From: an uncultured Alphaproteobacteria bacterium
GTDB lineage: Bacteria > Pseudomonadota > Alphaproteobacteria > RF32 > CAG-239
Length of the DNA stretch: 56,740 nt
Assembly: GCA_944390905.1 (NCBI GenBank)
Contig: CALXRR010000003.1
Coordinates: 1-56,740 of the forward strand
Direction of reading: 5' to 3'
Position 1 is the stretch's first letter; each line of letters opens with the position of its first letter. The notes under the pieces are model-generated. The model worked only from the letters and a program-made list of their open reading frames with translations. It did not search any database and was not told where the DNA came from. Position numbers and translations under genes: made by a program. Below are positions 40,101 to 49,800 of the stretch, piece by piece.

Positions 40101-41131
40101 CAGTATCAGCATCTAAGCAAAAAATCGGAGCCGTAATCGGAGATTATGAAAAATATCTATCCAATTTCAATACTGTTACAGCCGAAGCCAGCAGTGGAGT
40201 TATTGAAATAAACGGTTTAATTTCCGAGCAAAATCATAAAATGCTAGAACTTTCTGATGGCACAAAAGAACTGGTAGAGTACTTCAATACAGTTCTTAAC
40301 GATACAGCCCAAGAGCTGACCAATCGTGCAAATCAAGCATATGATAAGGTCAAAGGCTTAGGCGACAGTCTCAAAACACTCAGTGCTCAACTGGAAGAAA
40401 GCACCAAGCAAAGCTCAGGTAATTTGGAGAATGCCGGAGTCAAGTTAAGAGCTTCGATTAGTGAAATTTCAACTAATGCCGAGCGCATAGCGAACGATAT
40501 TCGCTCATCTGGTGATGTATTCTTAAAGCAAGCTAATGTTTTAAGTGCCTCAAGCGATAATACGATAGAAACAGTCAAGACAGCAGTTAATGCATTAGAA
40601 AAGAGCTCTAAAGCCTTCAATTCTCAGGGTGAAGATTTGCTCAAGAAGTCCGATGCGTTTAACAGCTTGTTCCAAAAACAGCTTCAGGTTTTGACGGATA
40701 CTTCCTCCCAAGCCGAGCGCAAAATCAAAGAGATGGAACAGTTGTATGAAGGTATGAGAGTAGATACATTCCTGAAAAACGCCTCTTATATTCTTGAAAA
40801 GCTTGAGGCCTCAGCTGTTGACATCAACCGTATTTTTAATCCGAATGTAGAAGAAGAACTTTGGAAGAAATATTACAACGGAGATACAGCCGCATTTGTC
40901 CGCCATTTAACCAGAACGATGAGCCGGAGTCAGATTATCGCGGTTAAGAATGAGTTTGAACATAATGCCGAGTTCAGAGACGTAGTTATGCGTTACCTGA
41001 CAGATTTTGAAAGCTTGGTTAATAAAGCTAAAGATAGTGAAAAATCAGGCTTGTTGCTATCAGTAATCTCTGGAGCAGATGTCGGTAAACTCTATTACAT
41101 TCTGGCCAAATCCTTGGATAGAATTAACTAG
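37169..41131 (+). CDS. Large membrane-anchored coiled-coil protein, TipN/GPR(RgsE)-like polar scaffold
   Basis: Two N-terminal TMs, ~1100 aa of amphipathic repeats, C-terminal LWKKY..GD..AF...FR..V.RY..DFE...GKLYYILA; AGGGGAG RBS before ATG 37169. Confidence 0.7.
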   Translation: MSQEQTKKTQEPSTNQITLESQNSWLNNNLYRLMIWVSAVWAIIVLFYITQFFGWSNLFLMMPDEFGGFLAGVTLPLAIIWIVVAYIDRGTSFKNEARFLRAYMNQLVYPEDGGAQTAKALADGIRSQVVEMQEATKLAMEHSANIKTELSARVEDFSKLVAVLDNYSSKTIVELANTVKELSQNFEQLNSKALQSTQTFQNYTKDFTASMSSMQKDADALVHNILPNINEIKYSVELLQKVSEQSNQDLIKTNEAVLAIAEKSNSNIAQAADILSAQAGRIEGISQQAVKDCDNIRQTIDSSVKSIADVMQAQTQSMQNYIDMLNHNADNLGQKFSEQGAFVGQEVDKIISRANVAEESIALQVRELHGVSDDIVNALQNAENSIKSETEHLQKTGEIAVSNINTVVDSLSKEASKVAELADNTILKTGTLTDELINQHNRLDVQANTNMNTLRSLGQELAARVESLKTQTSISVSQFNEIGTSMKKNADFINESSSIIVAQSKVSEAALAQQHRHINSSMSRIDEIKGELKREIDELNRASSMMNEDALQAIGGLRSQMEDILAVSESVIEKSRTLGAGLKEQGQDFATVAEAVYDKVNTVSDTLEEHYKKLEIVGDSIDKRADNLAQTLTMQAEIITKSTENSEKTHSDLLNYFQQQNAALNASAEQFSGFVNDMIKAFDEKAETVGLLFKHQENEFMNICDRISENTNNIGSSLKKQVSIIEQNADRVFSRLAMLEEDAGKRNEAINDNVVKSIDKLIQVNKAVEEQNDEVSRVIDGLHNKIKDITEEFTGMLSNLNSAFGNVKDEADSTSRSVNEHCQKLSDSIDRLGKESRTIYNTIDSHVKDLDNALVKTQAQSDTIKESFTQQIDSLSDIVNVVSTQTRLGEASLAQQYKYLSDASVTIFQQVTETTENLKQCSDNIMEKTSKVSVEFDALGDKLLKINDDVIKSTKVSNKNIEQIGILLSQAADDLDKTVSASKQKIGAVIGDYEKYLSNFNTVTAEASSGVIEINGLISEQNHKMLELSDGTKELVEYFNTVLNDTAQELTNRANQAYDKVKGLGDSLKTLSAQLEESTKQSSGNLENAGVKLRASISEISTNAERIANDIRSSGDVFLKQANVLSASSDNTIETVKTAVNALEKSSKAFNSQGEDLLKKSDAFNSLFQKQLQVLTDTSSQAERKIKEMEQLYEGMRVDTFLKNASYILEKLEASAVDINRIFNPNVEEELWKKYYNGDTAAFVRHLTRTMSRSQIIAVKNEFEHNAEFRDVVMRYLTDFESLVNKAKDSEKSGLLLSVISGADVGKLYYILAKSLDRIN

Positions 41132-41146
41132 AGAGGATAACTTTTG

Positions 41147-41716
41147 ATGCCCCAAATTAGCGGAATATCTACGCAGACATTAAATATCAGCAACCTGCTG
41201 AAAGATATTTCAGTCTCTGTATCCAAATTGACCGGAGGAGAAGGGGCATCATCGACTCAACAGTCAAGCTTTGACAGTCAAGCCGTTGCCAATAGTCAAA
41301 CTCCGCTTAATTTTTCATATAATATAGCGCAAATATCCGGCAACAGCTTATATTCGGTGCAGCAATACGCTTCATCTCATCCGCAAAAAGACCGCCAAGC
41401 AGCTTATGGAGAATATTATAAACAGAGTCAAAATACGGATTTACCGGCAGCGCAAACAGAAGAACCTCTGTCTTCATACACCTTCAAAGATTTTGTGACC
41501 AGCCAGAATAAAAGCATTTTTTATCAACAGGCTACATCAATTTATAAAGGTGGAACATTAGGTCTGGAAACATTCTCCAATATGACCGGAAACAAAGGTT
41601 TAAACCGTAATTATGCCGTAAATGCATATAATTACGTTTATAATATCAACAAACAACCATCAGTCTTAATTGACTTTATGCATGAATATAATCAAAACTT
41701 TAACGTTGAAATATAA
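41147..41716 (+). CDS. Hypothetical Ser/Gln/Asn/Tyr-rich protein
   Basis: ORF with GAGGA RBS; its stop overlaps the dusB start. Confidence 0.6.
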   Translation: MPQISGISTQTLNISNLLKDISVSVSKLTGGEGASSTQQSSFDSQAVANSQTPLNFSYNIAQISGNSLYSVQQYASSHPQKDRQAAYGEYYKQSQNTDLPAAQTEEPLSSYTFKDFVTSQNKSIFYQQATSIYKGGTLGLETFSNMTGNKGLNRNYAVNAYNYVYNINKQPSVLIDFMHEYNQNFNVEI

Positions 41717-42687
41717 TGACAATATTAGACTTTGACAGCAATGTTTTTATGGCGCCGATGGCCGGCATTACAGACAAACCGCTCCGCAAGTTGACATCAA
41801 CTCTTGGCAAGGGAGTTATGGTCTCAGAGATGGTGGCCGTAAATGCGATTCAGCGCAAGAACCCCAAGACTTATCGTATAGCCGATGTCAGCGATGAACC
41901 TTATCCGGTTGTTGTTCAATTAGTCGGCGGCAATCCTGAACTTTTTTATGATGCGGTTCAGCTGGTATCAGAGCTGGGAGCTCACTCCATAGATATTAAT
42001 ATGGGCTGTCCGGTTAAAAAGATAGTTAATAACAATTCCGGCTCTGCTTTAATGAAGGATTTGAGCTTAGCTTCAAAGATAATAAGCTCTGCGGTCAAAG
42101 CCAGCCCATTAAAAGTCAGCGTCAAGTTTCGCAAAGGCTGGGATGCCGGTAGTGTTAATGCTGTAGAGTTTGCAAAGATGTGCGAGGACAGCGGCGCCTC
42201 ATATATCACGGTGCACGGACGCACGCGTAGTTCGTTTTATTCCGGAGAAGCCGATTGGAATATTATCCGCGAGGTTAAAGAGGCCGTTAAAATTCCGGTT
42301 ATTGGTAATGGTGATATTAATAGCCCGCAAGATGCCGCTCGGATGATAAACATGACCGGAGTCGACGGAGTAATGATAGGGCGCGGTTGCCTGGGTAATC
42401 CATGGCTAATCAGCCAAACACACGAATATTTGCATCAAGGTACAGAACCATCTCCGATACCCGTAAAAGAAATAAAAAAATTTTTGTTAAGACATCTTGA
42501 AGAATTACGGTCTTATTATGGAGCCGAGATGGGACTGTCTATCTCCCGCAAGTTTGTTTGCTGGTATTGCAAGCAGTTGCGCGACGCCAAGCGCTTTCGA
42601 GAGACTTACACCAGAATCAACGACTACGAGCAAGCGCTTAAAGCCATAGATGATTATTTTGATAATTTTGAGAGTGAAACAAGATGA
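41716..42687 (+). CDS. dusB: tRNA dihydrouridine synthase B (NifR3)
   Basis: APMAGITD, DINMGCP, TVHGRT, GNGDI, GVMIGRG. Confidence 0.95.
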   Translation: MTILDFDSNVFMAPMAGITDKPLRKLTSTLGKGVMVSEMVAVNAIQRKNPKTYRIADVSDEPYPVVVQLVGGNPELFYDAVQLVSELGAHSIDINMGCPVKKIVNNNSGSALMKDLSLASKIISSAVKASPLKVSVKFRKGWDAGSVNAVEFAKMCEDSGASYITVHGRTRSSFYSGEADWNIIREVKEAVKIPVIGNGDINSPQDAARMINMTGVDGVMIGRGCLGNPWLISQTHEYLHQGTEPSPIPVKEIKKFLLRHLEELRSYYGAEMGLSISRKFVCWYCKQLRDAKRFRETYTRINDYEQALKAIDDYFDNFESETR

Positions 42688-44042
42688 AAATTATCGTATG
42701 CGGAGCCGGTCGAATAGGCAAAAGTTTAGTCGGATATTTAAGCCAAGGCAATAACGACATCAGCGTTATAGATAAAGACCAACGCCGCCTTGAAGAAGTC
42801 TCTAAAGAATGGGACGTAATGACGGTTTACGGCAATGCCGCCCACCCGGATATACTTGAGAAATCCGGCGCTGAAAATGCAGACTTGATTTTGGCCGCCA
42901 CTAATAATGATGAAGTTAATATGGTTGCTTGCCAAGTTACCGATTATCTGTTCCATGTTCGCAAAAAAATAGCCCGCATAGATTCTCCGGAATATCTAGA
43001 CCCCGTTTGGTGCGGACTTTACAATGAGGAACGTATAGCCATAGATTTGATAATATCTCCGGATAGAGAACTAGCCGACGCTATCTATAATATTATTAAA
43101 ATTCCCGGCACAACTTCGGTAATGTCTTTTTCCGATAAAAAATTAAGCCTTATATCCATACGCTGTCCGGCAGGCTGTCCCTTGCTTAAGATTCCGCTAA
43201 GCAATTTAGAAATGGCTGCTCCGGAGTTAAAAATAAATATTGTCTGCGTAGTCCGTAATGGCAAAAGCTTTATTCCCAATAATGATTTTTCATTGGAACA
43301 AGATGATGAAATCTACTTCTTAGTAGAAGATGCCGATATAGATGACGCAATCCATGCTTTCGGAATGGATCGCCCCAGCAATGAAAAAGTTGTCATCTTC
43401 GGGGGCAATCAAATCTCCTTGCTTTTAGCCCAAAAACTGGAAGAAGATGATAATATCACCAGCTGTAAGATTATAGATGAAGATATAGACAGCTCCAAGC
43501 AGCTGGCCATGCAGCTCAATAATACCACAATTATTAACGGCGAAATGCTCAGCGACGTTATTTTGGACGATAGCGGGGTTTCCAGTGCAGATGTTACGGT
43601 CTCAGTTACCTTAAAGGACAAAGACAATCTGTTGGCTTCACTGATAGCCAAGGAAAGCGGGGCTCGCTCGACTATATCATTAGTCAATTCAAAGGCGTAT
43701 GATAATTTGGTAAGTAATTTGAGCGACAGTATAATTATCGACAACTCATCAGTAACCGTATCCGGGATTCTTAAAGAGCTGCGTAAGTCCAAAATAGTCA
43801 AAGCTTATTCTTTAGGGCGAGGCTTCGGTGAAGTATGGGAAATCCGGATTGATGAAGATTCACAAATCACCGATAAAAAGATTATAGAGTTAGAACTTCC
43901 CGAAAACAGCAAGCTCTGTGCCATCTGCCGCGACAACGAAATTATCTATCCCAATATTTATGAACGGCTAAAAGAAGGAGATACCATAATTTTGTTCAGT
44001 AGTTCTCGCGCTATTAAACGAGTTGAAAAAATATTTGCATAA
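42684..44042 (+). CDS. trkA: Trk potassium uptake NAD-binding subunit
   Basis: MKIIVCGAGRIG; two RCK-N/RCK-C pairs. Confidence 0.93.
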   Translation: MKIIVCGAGRIGKSLVGYLSQGNNDISVIDKDQRRLEEVSKEWDVMTVYGNAAHPDILEKSGAENADLILAATNNDEVNMVACQVTDYLFHVRKKIARIDSPEYLDPVWCGLYNEERIAIDLIISPDRELADAIYNIIKIPGTTSVMSFSDKKLSLISIRCPAGCPLLKIPLSNLEMAAPELKINIVCVVRNGKSFIPNNDFSLEQDDEIYFLVEDADIDDAIHAFGMDRPSNEKVVIFGGNQISLLLAQKLEEDDNITSCKIIDEDIDSSKQLAMQLNNTTIINGEMLSDVILDDSGVSSADVTVSVTLKDKDNLLASLIAKESGARSTISLVNSKAYDNLVSNLSDSIIIDNSSVTVSGILKELRKSKIVKAYSLGRGFGEVWEIRIDEDSQITDKKIIELELPENSKLCAICRDNEIIYPNIYERLKEGDTIILFSSSRAIKRVEKIFA

Positions 44043-44117
44043 AGTTCTTTACTATTAAGAGAAAATAAGCTTAAATCATACCGTAATAATAACAAGAATA
44101 AAGAAAAGGATATTACA

Positions 44118-44354
44118 ATGTCTCAAAATGTACAGGAAGATTTTTTAAAAGATATACAACAAAACAAAATATCCGTAACGGTATTTTTGGTAAACGGCGT
44201 CAAATTGCAAGGGATAATTACTTGGTTTGACGACACCGCCTTGCTTTTGAGAAGAGACGGACACACCCAGTTGATTTATAAACACGCAGTATCAACCATT
44301 ATGCCCGGAACAGCTATAGATATCCAAATTCCTGACACCTCATCTCAAGCATAG
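44118..44354 (+). CDS. hfq: RNA chaperone Hfq
   Basis: [24 protein letters not shown]. Confidence 0.97.
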   Translation: MSQNVQEDFLKDIQQNKISVTVFLVNGVKLQGIITWFDDTALLLRRDGHTQLIYKHAVSTIMPGTAIDIQIPDTSSQA

Positions 44355-44363
44355 CAGGTAAAG

Positions 44364-45683
44364 TTGAGCGGTTTTCAAATCCAAGAGCGAGAGGCGGTTA
44401 AGGCCGGCATAGTCTCACCCAATGTTTACGGAGAGAAAAGACAGTTGTCTCCGCAAGCTCGCTTGAGTGAAGCCGAAGGTCTGGCTCGCTCCATTAAGCT
44501 TGAAGTAGCCTTTGCCGAGAGCGTTAATATTAAGGAAATCAAAGCCGGCAGCTATTTTGGCGAGGGATATATAGACAAACTTCGCACCCAAATTGCAGAG
44601 CAGGGGATAGAGCTCATCATTGTCGATGCCTCATTAAGCCCCTTGCAGCAAAGAAATCTGGAAAAGAAGCTAAATACTAAGGTGATAGACCGCCGCGCCT
44701 TAATTCTGGAAATTTTTGGAGAAAGGGCTCAAACCAAAGAAGGCAAACTTCAGGTCGAACTAGCACACCTTAGCTATCAGCGTAGCCGCTTGGTTCGTAG
44801 CTGGACTCACTTGGAGCGCCAAAGAGGCGGTGCCGGTTTTTTAGGCGGCCCCGGAGAACGCCAAATTGAACTTGACCGCCGCATTATTGATGAAAAGATT
44901 ATTCGTATCCAAAAAGAACTTGAAAAAGTCAAACAAACCCGAAGCCTGCAACGTCGCTCACGTAAAAAGATACCCTATCCGGTAGTAGCTTTGGTTGGTT
45001 ATACTAATGCAGGCAAGTCATCTATTTTTAATTTTCTGACCGGAGCAGCTGTCCTAGCCGAAAATCAGTTGTTTGCCACTCTTGACCCAACGATGAGGCG
45101 TTTGCAGCTATCCTCCGGTAAAGAGGTTATTCTCTCCGATACGGTAGGATTTATTTCAGACCTACCTCATGAGCTGATAATGGCATTCCGCGCTACTCTA
45201 GAAGAAGTACTTGAGGCGGATATTATAGTCCATGTCCGAGACGCGTCTAATCCTGATTCTGATTCCCAAAAACAAGACGTCCTAGGCGTGCTGTCCAATC
45301 TTGGCTTGCCACATATAGAAGAGGCATCCAATTATATTGAGCTGTTTAACAAAATTGATTTGCTTGATGAAGATGATGTTCAGAGAATAGTTGAAATGTC
45401 CCGCCGCAAAAGTAATATAATGCCGTTTTCGGCAGTTAGCGGCTTCGGCAAAGATGCTCTATTGCATCAAATTATGCAAATACTATCCGCAGCAGACCAA
45501 TCAATTAAAGTAAAAGTCCATGCATCTGACGGCAAAATCATCTCCTGGCTTCATAAAAATACACAAGTTTCCGAAATTAGCAACCACGGAGAACAGATGA
45601 TTATTTCTTGCAAAATCCCTCCTGAAAATTTGTCTCGACTTCAAAACCTTCCCAATATAATCATTTCAAAAAACAAAAGTTAA
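44364..45683 (+). CDS. hflX: GTPase HflX
   Basis: GPGERQIELDRR, GYTNAGKS, LFATLDPT, DTVGF, NKID. Confidence 0.96.
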   Translation: MSGFQIQEREAVKAGIVSPNVYGEKRQLSPQARLSEAEGLARSIKLEVAFAESVNIKEIKAGSYFGEGYIDKLRTQIAEQGIELIIVDASLSPLQQRNLEKKLNTKVIDRRALILEIFGERAQTKEGKLQVELAHLSYQRSRLVRSWTHLERQRGGAGFLGGPGERQIELDRRIIDEKIIRIQKELEKVKQTRSLQRRSRKKIPYPVVALVGYTNAGKSSIFNFLTGAAVLAENQLFATLDPTMRRLQLSSGKEVILSDTVGFISDLPHELIMAFRATLEEVLEADIIVHVRDASNPDSDSQKQDVLGVLSNLGLPHIEEASNYIELFNKIDLLDEDDVQRIVEMSRRKSNIMPFSAVSGFGKDALLHQIMQILSAADQSIKVKVHASDGKIISWLHKNTQVSEISNHGEQMIISCKIPPENLSRLQNLPNIIISKNKS

Positions 45684-45780
45684 TATATTATTTTTTTATT
45701 CAGGCACTGTAAATCCCCGATATCGTGATTATATAACATATCAGTTAATTAAAAATAAGTAATAAACGGAGGTTTAGAAT

Positions 45781-46668
45781 ATGCGCCATTTTGTTCCCTT
45801 GGGGCTTGAACATGCTAAAAATTACATGAAATTATATACCAAGAGTCAAAACAAAAGTTTTAATAGCAGTTTTTTCAGCCTTTGGTTAAATAACGATATT
45901 TACAAATACGAGGTTTGCTTTGACAATAACCTTTGCTGGGTTCGCTATCATGATAAAGATAAAGAATATTACCACCTTCCGGTAGGGGACTTGCGCACCT
46001 ATAGCCTTGAAAAACTTATTTTAAAAGAGTTCCCCCGCGATGCCAAAATCACTAATGTTATGGCTCCGATGGCACTCAAAATTCATTTATCTTGCCGTAA
46101 CAAAATCAAATTAAGAGAAGACCCCAAAACAGCTGAATATCTTTATGAGGTAGATAAACAAATAAATCTTCCGGGGATAAGATATCATCTTCGCCGCCAG
46201 CATGTCAGAGCTTTTATTGATAATTATGACTATAAATATGTCAAACTTTATGCAAAGAATATCCCAGCTGTTTTATCTTTTCATACAAATGTTATCAAGG
46301 AACAACATCAGCATAGTTATGATTATATCAAGAAACAAGATGATTTAATTACCAATATTTTTCAAAACTGGCAAATATTTCAAAATATAGTCAAAGGCAA
46401 TGTGCTGTTGATGGATGATAAAGTCGTTGGCTATGTTTTGGGTGAAGCGGTTGATAAAGAAAATGTGTTCATGTATTTCAGCAATGCCGCATCATGCTGG
46501 AGAGGAGCCCAAGAAAGCGGAGAACTACTGTTTTTGGAACAGCACTACCGCTGCCGCCATTTAAACACCGGCGAAGATAAAGGAATCCCTTCACTCCGCC
46601 GAATAAAACAGGAATATAGCCCGGAATTTAAAAAGATGAAAAAATATCATATCCGCCGAGCAAATTAG
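45781..46668 (+). CDS. DUF2156 / aminoacyl-phosphatidylglycerol synthase C-terminal-like protein
   Basis: EYLY...L.G.RYH.RR.HV..F and NTGEDKGIPSLRRIKQEYSP patterns; GGAGG RBS. Confidence 0.7.
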   Translation: MRHFVPLGLEHAKNYMKLYTKSQNKSFNSSFFSLWLNNDIYKYEVCFDNNLCWVRYHDKDKEYYHLPVGDLRTYSLEKLILKEFPRDAKITNVMAPMALKIHLSCRNKIKLREDPKTAEYLYEVDKQINLPGIRYHLRRQHVRAFIDNYDYKYVKLYAKNIPAVLSFHTNVIKEQHQHSYDYIKKQDDLITNIFQNWQIFQNIVKGNVLLMDDKVVGYVLGEAVDKENVFMYFSNAASCWRGAQESGELLFLEQHYRCRHLNTGEDKGIPSLRRIKQEYSPEFKKMKKYHIRRAN

Positions 46669-47621
46669 CGCTCCAAAGCCCCCAAGGGTTTTGTTACACG
46701 ACGGATACCTTGCAGCTTTTCAAATTCTGCTTTCATTTTTTGCAGCCGTCTTAAATTAGGCAACTGCGGCACCATTTGGTTGAGCAGATAAACACCAAAG
46801 GCTTGAGAGCAGTAAGGAAGCATCCTTGTCTTGCGAATATATTTCCAATAAGCAGAGACAGCCTTTTTGTATAGCAGTTTAAGGGTAGGGGCGTCCAACT
46901 CCGGATGGTCGGTAATCATATTGCAATAAGCCATAAAACGGTCATGATCAAGCTGCAGCTTGTTTCCCGAAAGGTTGCCGATTTCCTTAGGCACAAGGAC
47001 TACCGGCGCATCCATCTTGATAATTCCGTGAGCATGTGCGGCTGAACGAATAGGGATAGATTCATCTTGAATAAATACTCGTTCGTCAGCACCTTTAGCT
47101 TTTTTCAGTACATCAGCTTTAATCAGTTGCCCCATACGGGTAAAGCGCCCTTTAAGCACCGCCGGCAAAGCATTTTCATAAAAAAAGAAATGGAATTGAC
47201 CTGTCATTTCTTTTTCCAACTCTTGAGGCTCTTTTCCGGTTTTGATGAAGCCTCCATACACCATATCAGCATCATTTTCTCGAGCTAAATTCAACATAAT
47301 TTCGGTTGAATCCAGCGGAAAAATATCATCAGAATCAAGCATTCTGATAAACTCACCATGAGCTAAGGCAATTCCCTGATTGATTCTAGGACTGATACCA
47401 CGATTATCGTCATTTTCAACAATAATCACGTTAGGATAACCCGCAGTGTATTTTTTTATAATTTCTACAGACTCATCAGAAGATTTATCATCAATAAAAA
47501 TAAATTCCGGATTATTAAGCCCCGTCTGATTCAGTAAAGCCTTGAGCACAGACGGCAAATAATAAGCCTTGTTATAAACCGTCATTACAAAGCTGACATC
47601 AATATCGTTAGTCATAACCAA
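46665..47621 (-). CDS. Glycosyltransferase family 2
   Basis: VSFVMTVYN, IDDKSSD, LDSDD. Confidence 0.9.
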   Translation of the reverse strand: MVMTNDIDVSFVMTVYNKAYYLPSVLKALLNQTGLNNPEFIFIDDKSSDESVEIIKKYTAGYPNVIIVENDDNRGISPRINQGIALAHGEFIRMLDSDDIFPLDSTEIMLNLARENDADMVYGGFIKTGKEPQELEKEMTGQFHFFFYENALPAVLKGRFTRMGQLIKADVLKKAKGADERVFIQDESIPIRSAAHAHGIIKMDAPVVLVPKEIGNLSGNKLQLDHDRFMAYCNMITDHPELDAPTLKLLYKKAVSAYWKYIRKTRMLPYCSQAFGVYLLNQMVPQLPNLRRLQKMKAEFEKLQGIRRVTKPLGALER

Positions 47622-47625
47622 CCTC

Positions 47626-48696
47626 TTACATATTCAGTTCGGGGAGCTGCTGATATTGCCCATTATCAAATTCAATAGTCTGTTCACCCTCATCTTCGGG
47701 AACAAATTCTTCAGGCGTCCCAAAGTCAGCAGTTTCAACAGCAGATGAATTTTGGCTTGCAGCATCAGTCGGGAGCCCAACACCGCCGGCCTCAGGTTCC
47801 AAGACTTGAATATTTTCAAAAGCACCTTCTTGCAATTCAACATTAGCGCTGTCTATCCCCATAGCAGGAACAGATTCGCCAGAGGCTTCCTGAACCTTTG
47901 GCTGAGGATTGTTGCTTTGAACCGGCAACAACTCCTGCGGCTCGCCTTCAATATTATAAGCGGCCTCCGTCTCAAAGACAGTTTCTCCTGCATTTTGTGC
48001 CGCTTCAGGCAAAACAACCTCTTGCTCCTGAGGTAAAACTTCAGCTTTGGTCGGTACAGTTTCAAGAGCATTATCCGTCTGCTGATTATTTTCCGACACC
48101 GGCTGAGTTTGCGCTGCATTTTCAGCGGCAGAAGGCTGAGCAGATGTTTCAGAGGTTGATGTTTCAAAACTGATTAAATTTTCGGGTTCGCCGTCATTTT
48201 GCGGAGACTCACCGTCTTCTGATGGTTTCAAGTCTTGCTCCATGATAATTTCATCTCTGGCACGCAACTCTTCATCTGATAAGATTTTAGCTTTGCTGAC
48301 ATCACCATTAAAGCATTGCAGCAACCACACATCATAGATCGGATGTTCAATAGCATTCAAAGCCGGACTGGATGAAATCATCCATCCTTTAAAAATGTTT
48401 ACAACTTTGCCGTCAAGTTGTTCATCGACCACATCCACAAAAGCATAGTTATCGGGAGTTTCCTCCGGTGGGCGGGTTTTGCAGGCTCTGACCACGATAG
48501 AAAAGCTTCCGAATTTAGTTTCGGCATTAACTGGCACTTCAATCACGCTGACGCGGCCGGTAATTTTATCCATAGCCTGCAACTTGGCCATATTTGTCGG
48601 AACTTCTTTGGCCCAAGCCTGAGAGCTCAAGCCGAAAGCTGTAGCCGCTAACAGAGCCGAAACTCTGCACCAATTTTTAATTTTCACCATTTCCAT
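47626..48696 (-). CDS. DUF2155 protein with long acidic tail
   Basis: LQAMDKITGR, RPPEETP, FKGWMISSSPALNAIEHPIYDVWL. Confidence 0.85.
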   Translation of the reverse strand: MEMVKIKNWCRVSALLAATAFGLSSQAWAKEVPTNMAKLQAMDKITGRVSVIEVPVNAETKFGSFSIVVRACKTRPPEETPDNYAFVDVVDEQLDGKVVNIFKGWMISSSPALNAIEHPIYDVWLLQCFNGDVSKAKILSDEELRARDEIIMEQDLKPSEDGESPQNDGEPENLISFETSTSETSAQPSAAENAAQTQPVSENNQQTDNALETVPTKAEVLPQEQEVVLPEAAQNAGETVFETEAAYNIEGEPQELLPVQSNNPQPKVQEASGESVPAMGIDSANVELQEGAFENIQVLEPEAGGVGLPTDAASQNSSAVETADFGTPEEFVPEDEGEQTIEFDNGQYQQLPELNM

Positions 48697-49138
48697 TGTC
48701 TGTCACCATAAAGATTATTTCGCCAACCATATCTTCAATAGTTTTGAAATCTTTCACTTTAGCGATTTCATCGCCGTTAGCCAATAAATCCTTAGATGTT
48801 CCCGGTTCGATTTTGATAAACTTGTCACCGATAAGCCCGTCGCCGACAATAACGGCAGTGCTGTCTTTAGGCAGTTTGATATCCGGAGCAATACTCATCA
48901 CCACTTCGGCATCATAATTTTGGGTGTCAAGCTTTTGAGCAATAACCGTACCGACCTTAATTCCGTTAATACGCACATCGGAGCCGACGTTTAACCCGCC
49001 TACTTTCAAGAACCGTGCAGTTACCTCATATCCTTTAACAACTTGCAAATCAGATACTTTATAAGCAAAGAACAGGAAAAAAGCGGCCACAACCAGCACC
49101 ACCAATCCCATAATAGTTTCCATAGGTTTTTTATTCAT
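48677..49138 (-). CDS. mlaD: MCE/MlaD lipid transport protein
   Basis: N-terminal TM; GGLNVGSDVRINGIKVGTV, GLIGDKFIKIEPG. Confidence 0.9.
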   Translation of the reverse strand: MNKKPMETIMGLVVLVVAAFFLFFAYKVSDLQVVKGYEVTARFLKVGGLNVGSDVRINGIKVGTVIAQKLDTQNYDAEVVMSIAPDIKLPKDSTAVIVGDGLIGDKFIKIEPGTSKDLLANGDEIAKVKDFKTIEDMVGEIIFMVTDNGNGEN

Positions 49139-49164
49139 GAATACACCTCGTTAAAAAAGTCATA

Positions 49165-49710
49165 TTACTTACAATTTTTCTTATTAGCCTTACCAATGGA
49201 AACGATTCTATCGATAAGTTCTTCCATTACCATAGCGTCCTGAGTATAAGAGAATTCACCCCCCGGAGCCAAATAATCCGGAGATCCGCCCGGCTCAATC
49301 TCAATATACTTTTTGCCCATAATACCTTCGCTGACGATAGAAGCATTACTGTCATCAGGGATTTGTACGCTGCTATCAATATCAAGAGTTAATATGGCAT
49401 GAAATTTATCATCAAGTTGCGCATCTACTACAGAACCGATAGTCATACCGGCCATTCTGACTTTATCTCCGGGGAGCAATCCGTCAGTTCTTCCAAATCT
49501 TGCGCTCACTTCATAGGATTCGGCATTTTGGACGCTTTTTTCTTTATGAATACCCAAATACATCAACAACGCCGCCACAACCAAGCAGGCATATAGTCCG
49601 ATTTTGATTTGAGTGGCCGTTTCTTTAGAATATTGTTCAGGCACTTTTCCTCTCCAGTAAAACATAACGATTAGCATCAAGATAGAATAAAATAAATATT
49701 TTGTCACCAA
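49165..49710 (-). CDS. Second MCE/MlaD family protein
   Basis: DGLLPGDKVRMAGMTIGSV, GIMGKKYIEIEPGG. Confidence 0.85.
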   Translation of the reverse strand: MVTKYLFYSILMLIVMFYWRGKVPEQYSKETATQIKIGLYACLVVAALLMYLGIHKEKSVQNAESYEVSARFGRTDGLLPGDKVRMAGMTIGSVVDAQLDDKFHAILTLDIDSSVQIPDDSNASIVSEGIMGKKYIEIEPGGSPDYLAPGGEFSYTQDAMVMEELIDRIVSIGKANKKNCK

Positions 49711-49800
49711 ACTTTTAAATAAATTAAAATAATTGTTAAAATTTAAAAATAATCAGCTAGACTAACAACCAGATAATCGATTCACCAGCGGGGTATAAAA

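Noticed and set aside
38146-40620. Several antisense ORFs in the coiled-coil gene
   Set aside because: Leu/Ser-rich mirror frames of a Glu/Lys/Gln-rich coding strand
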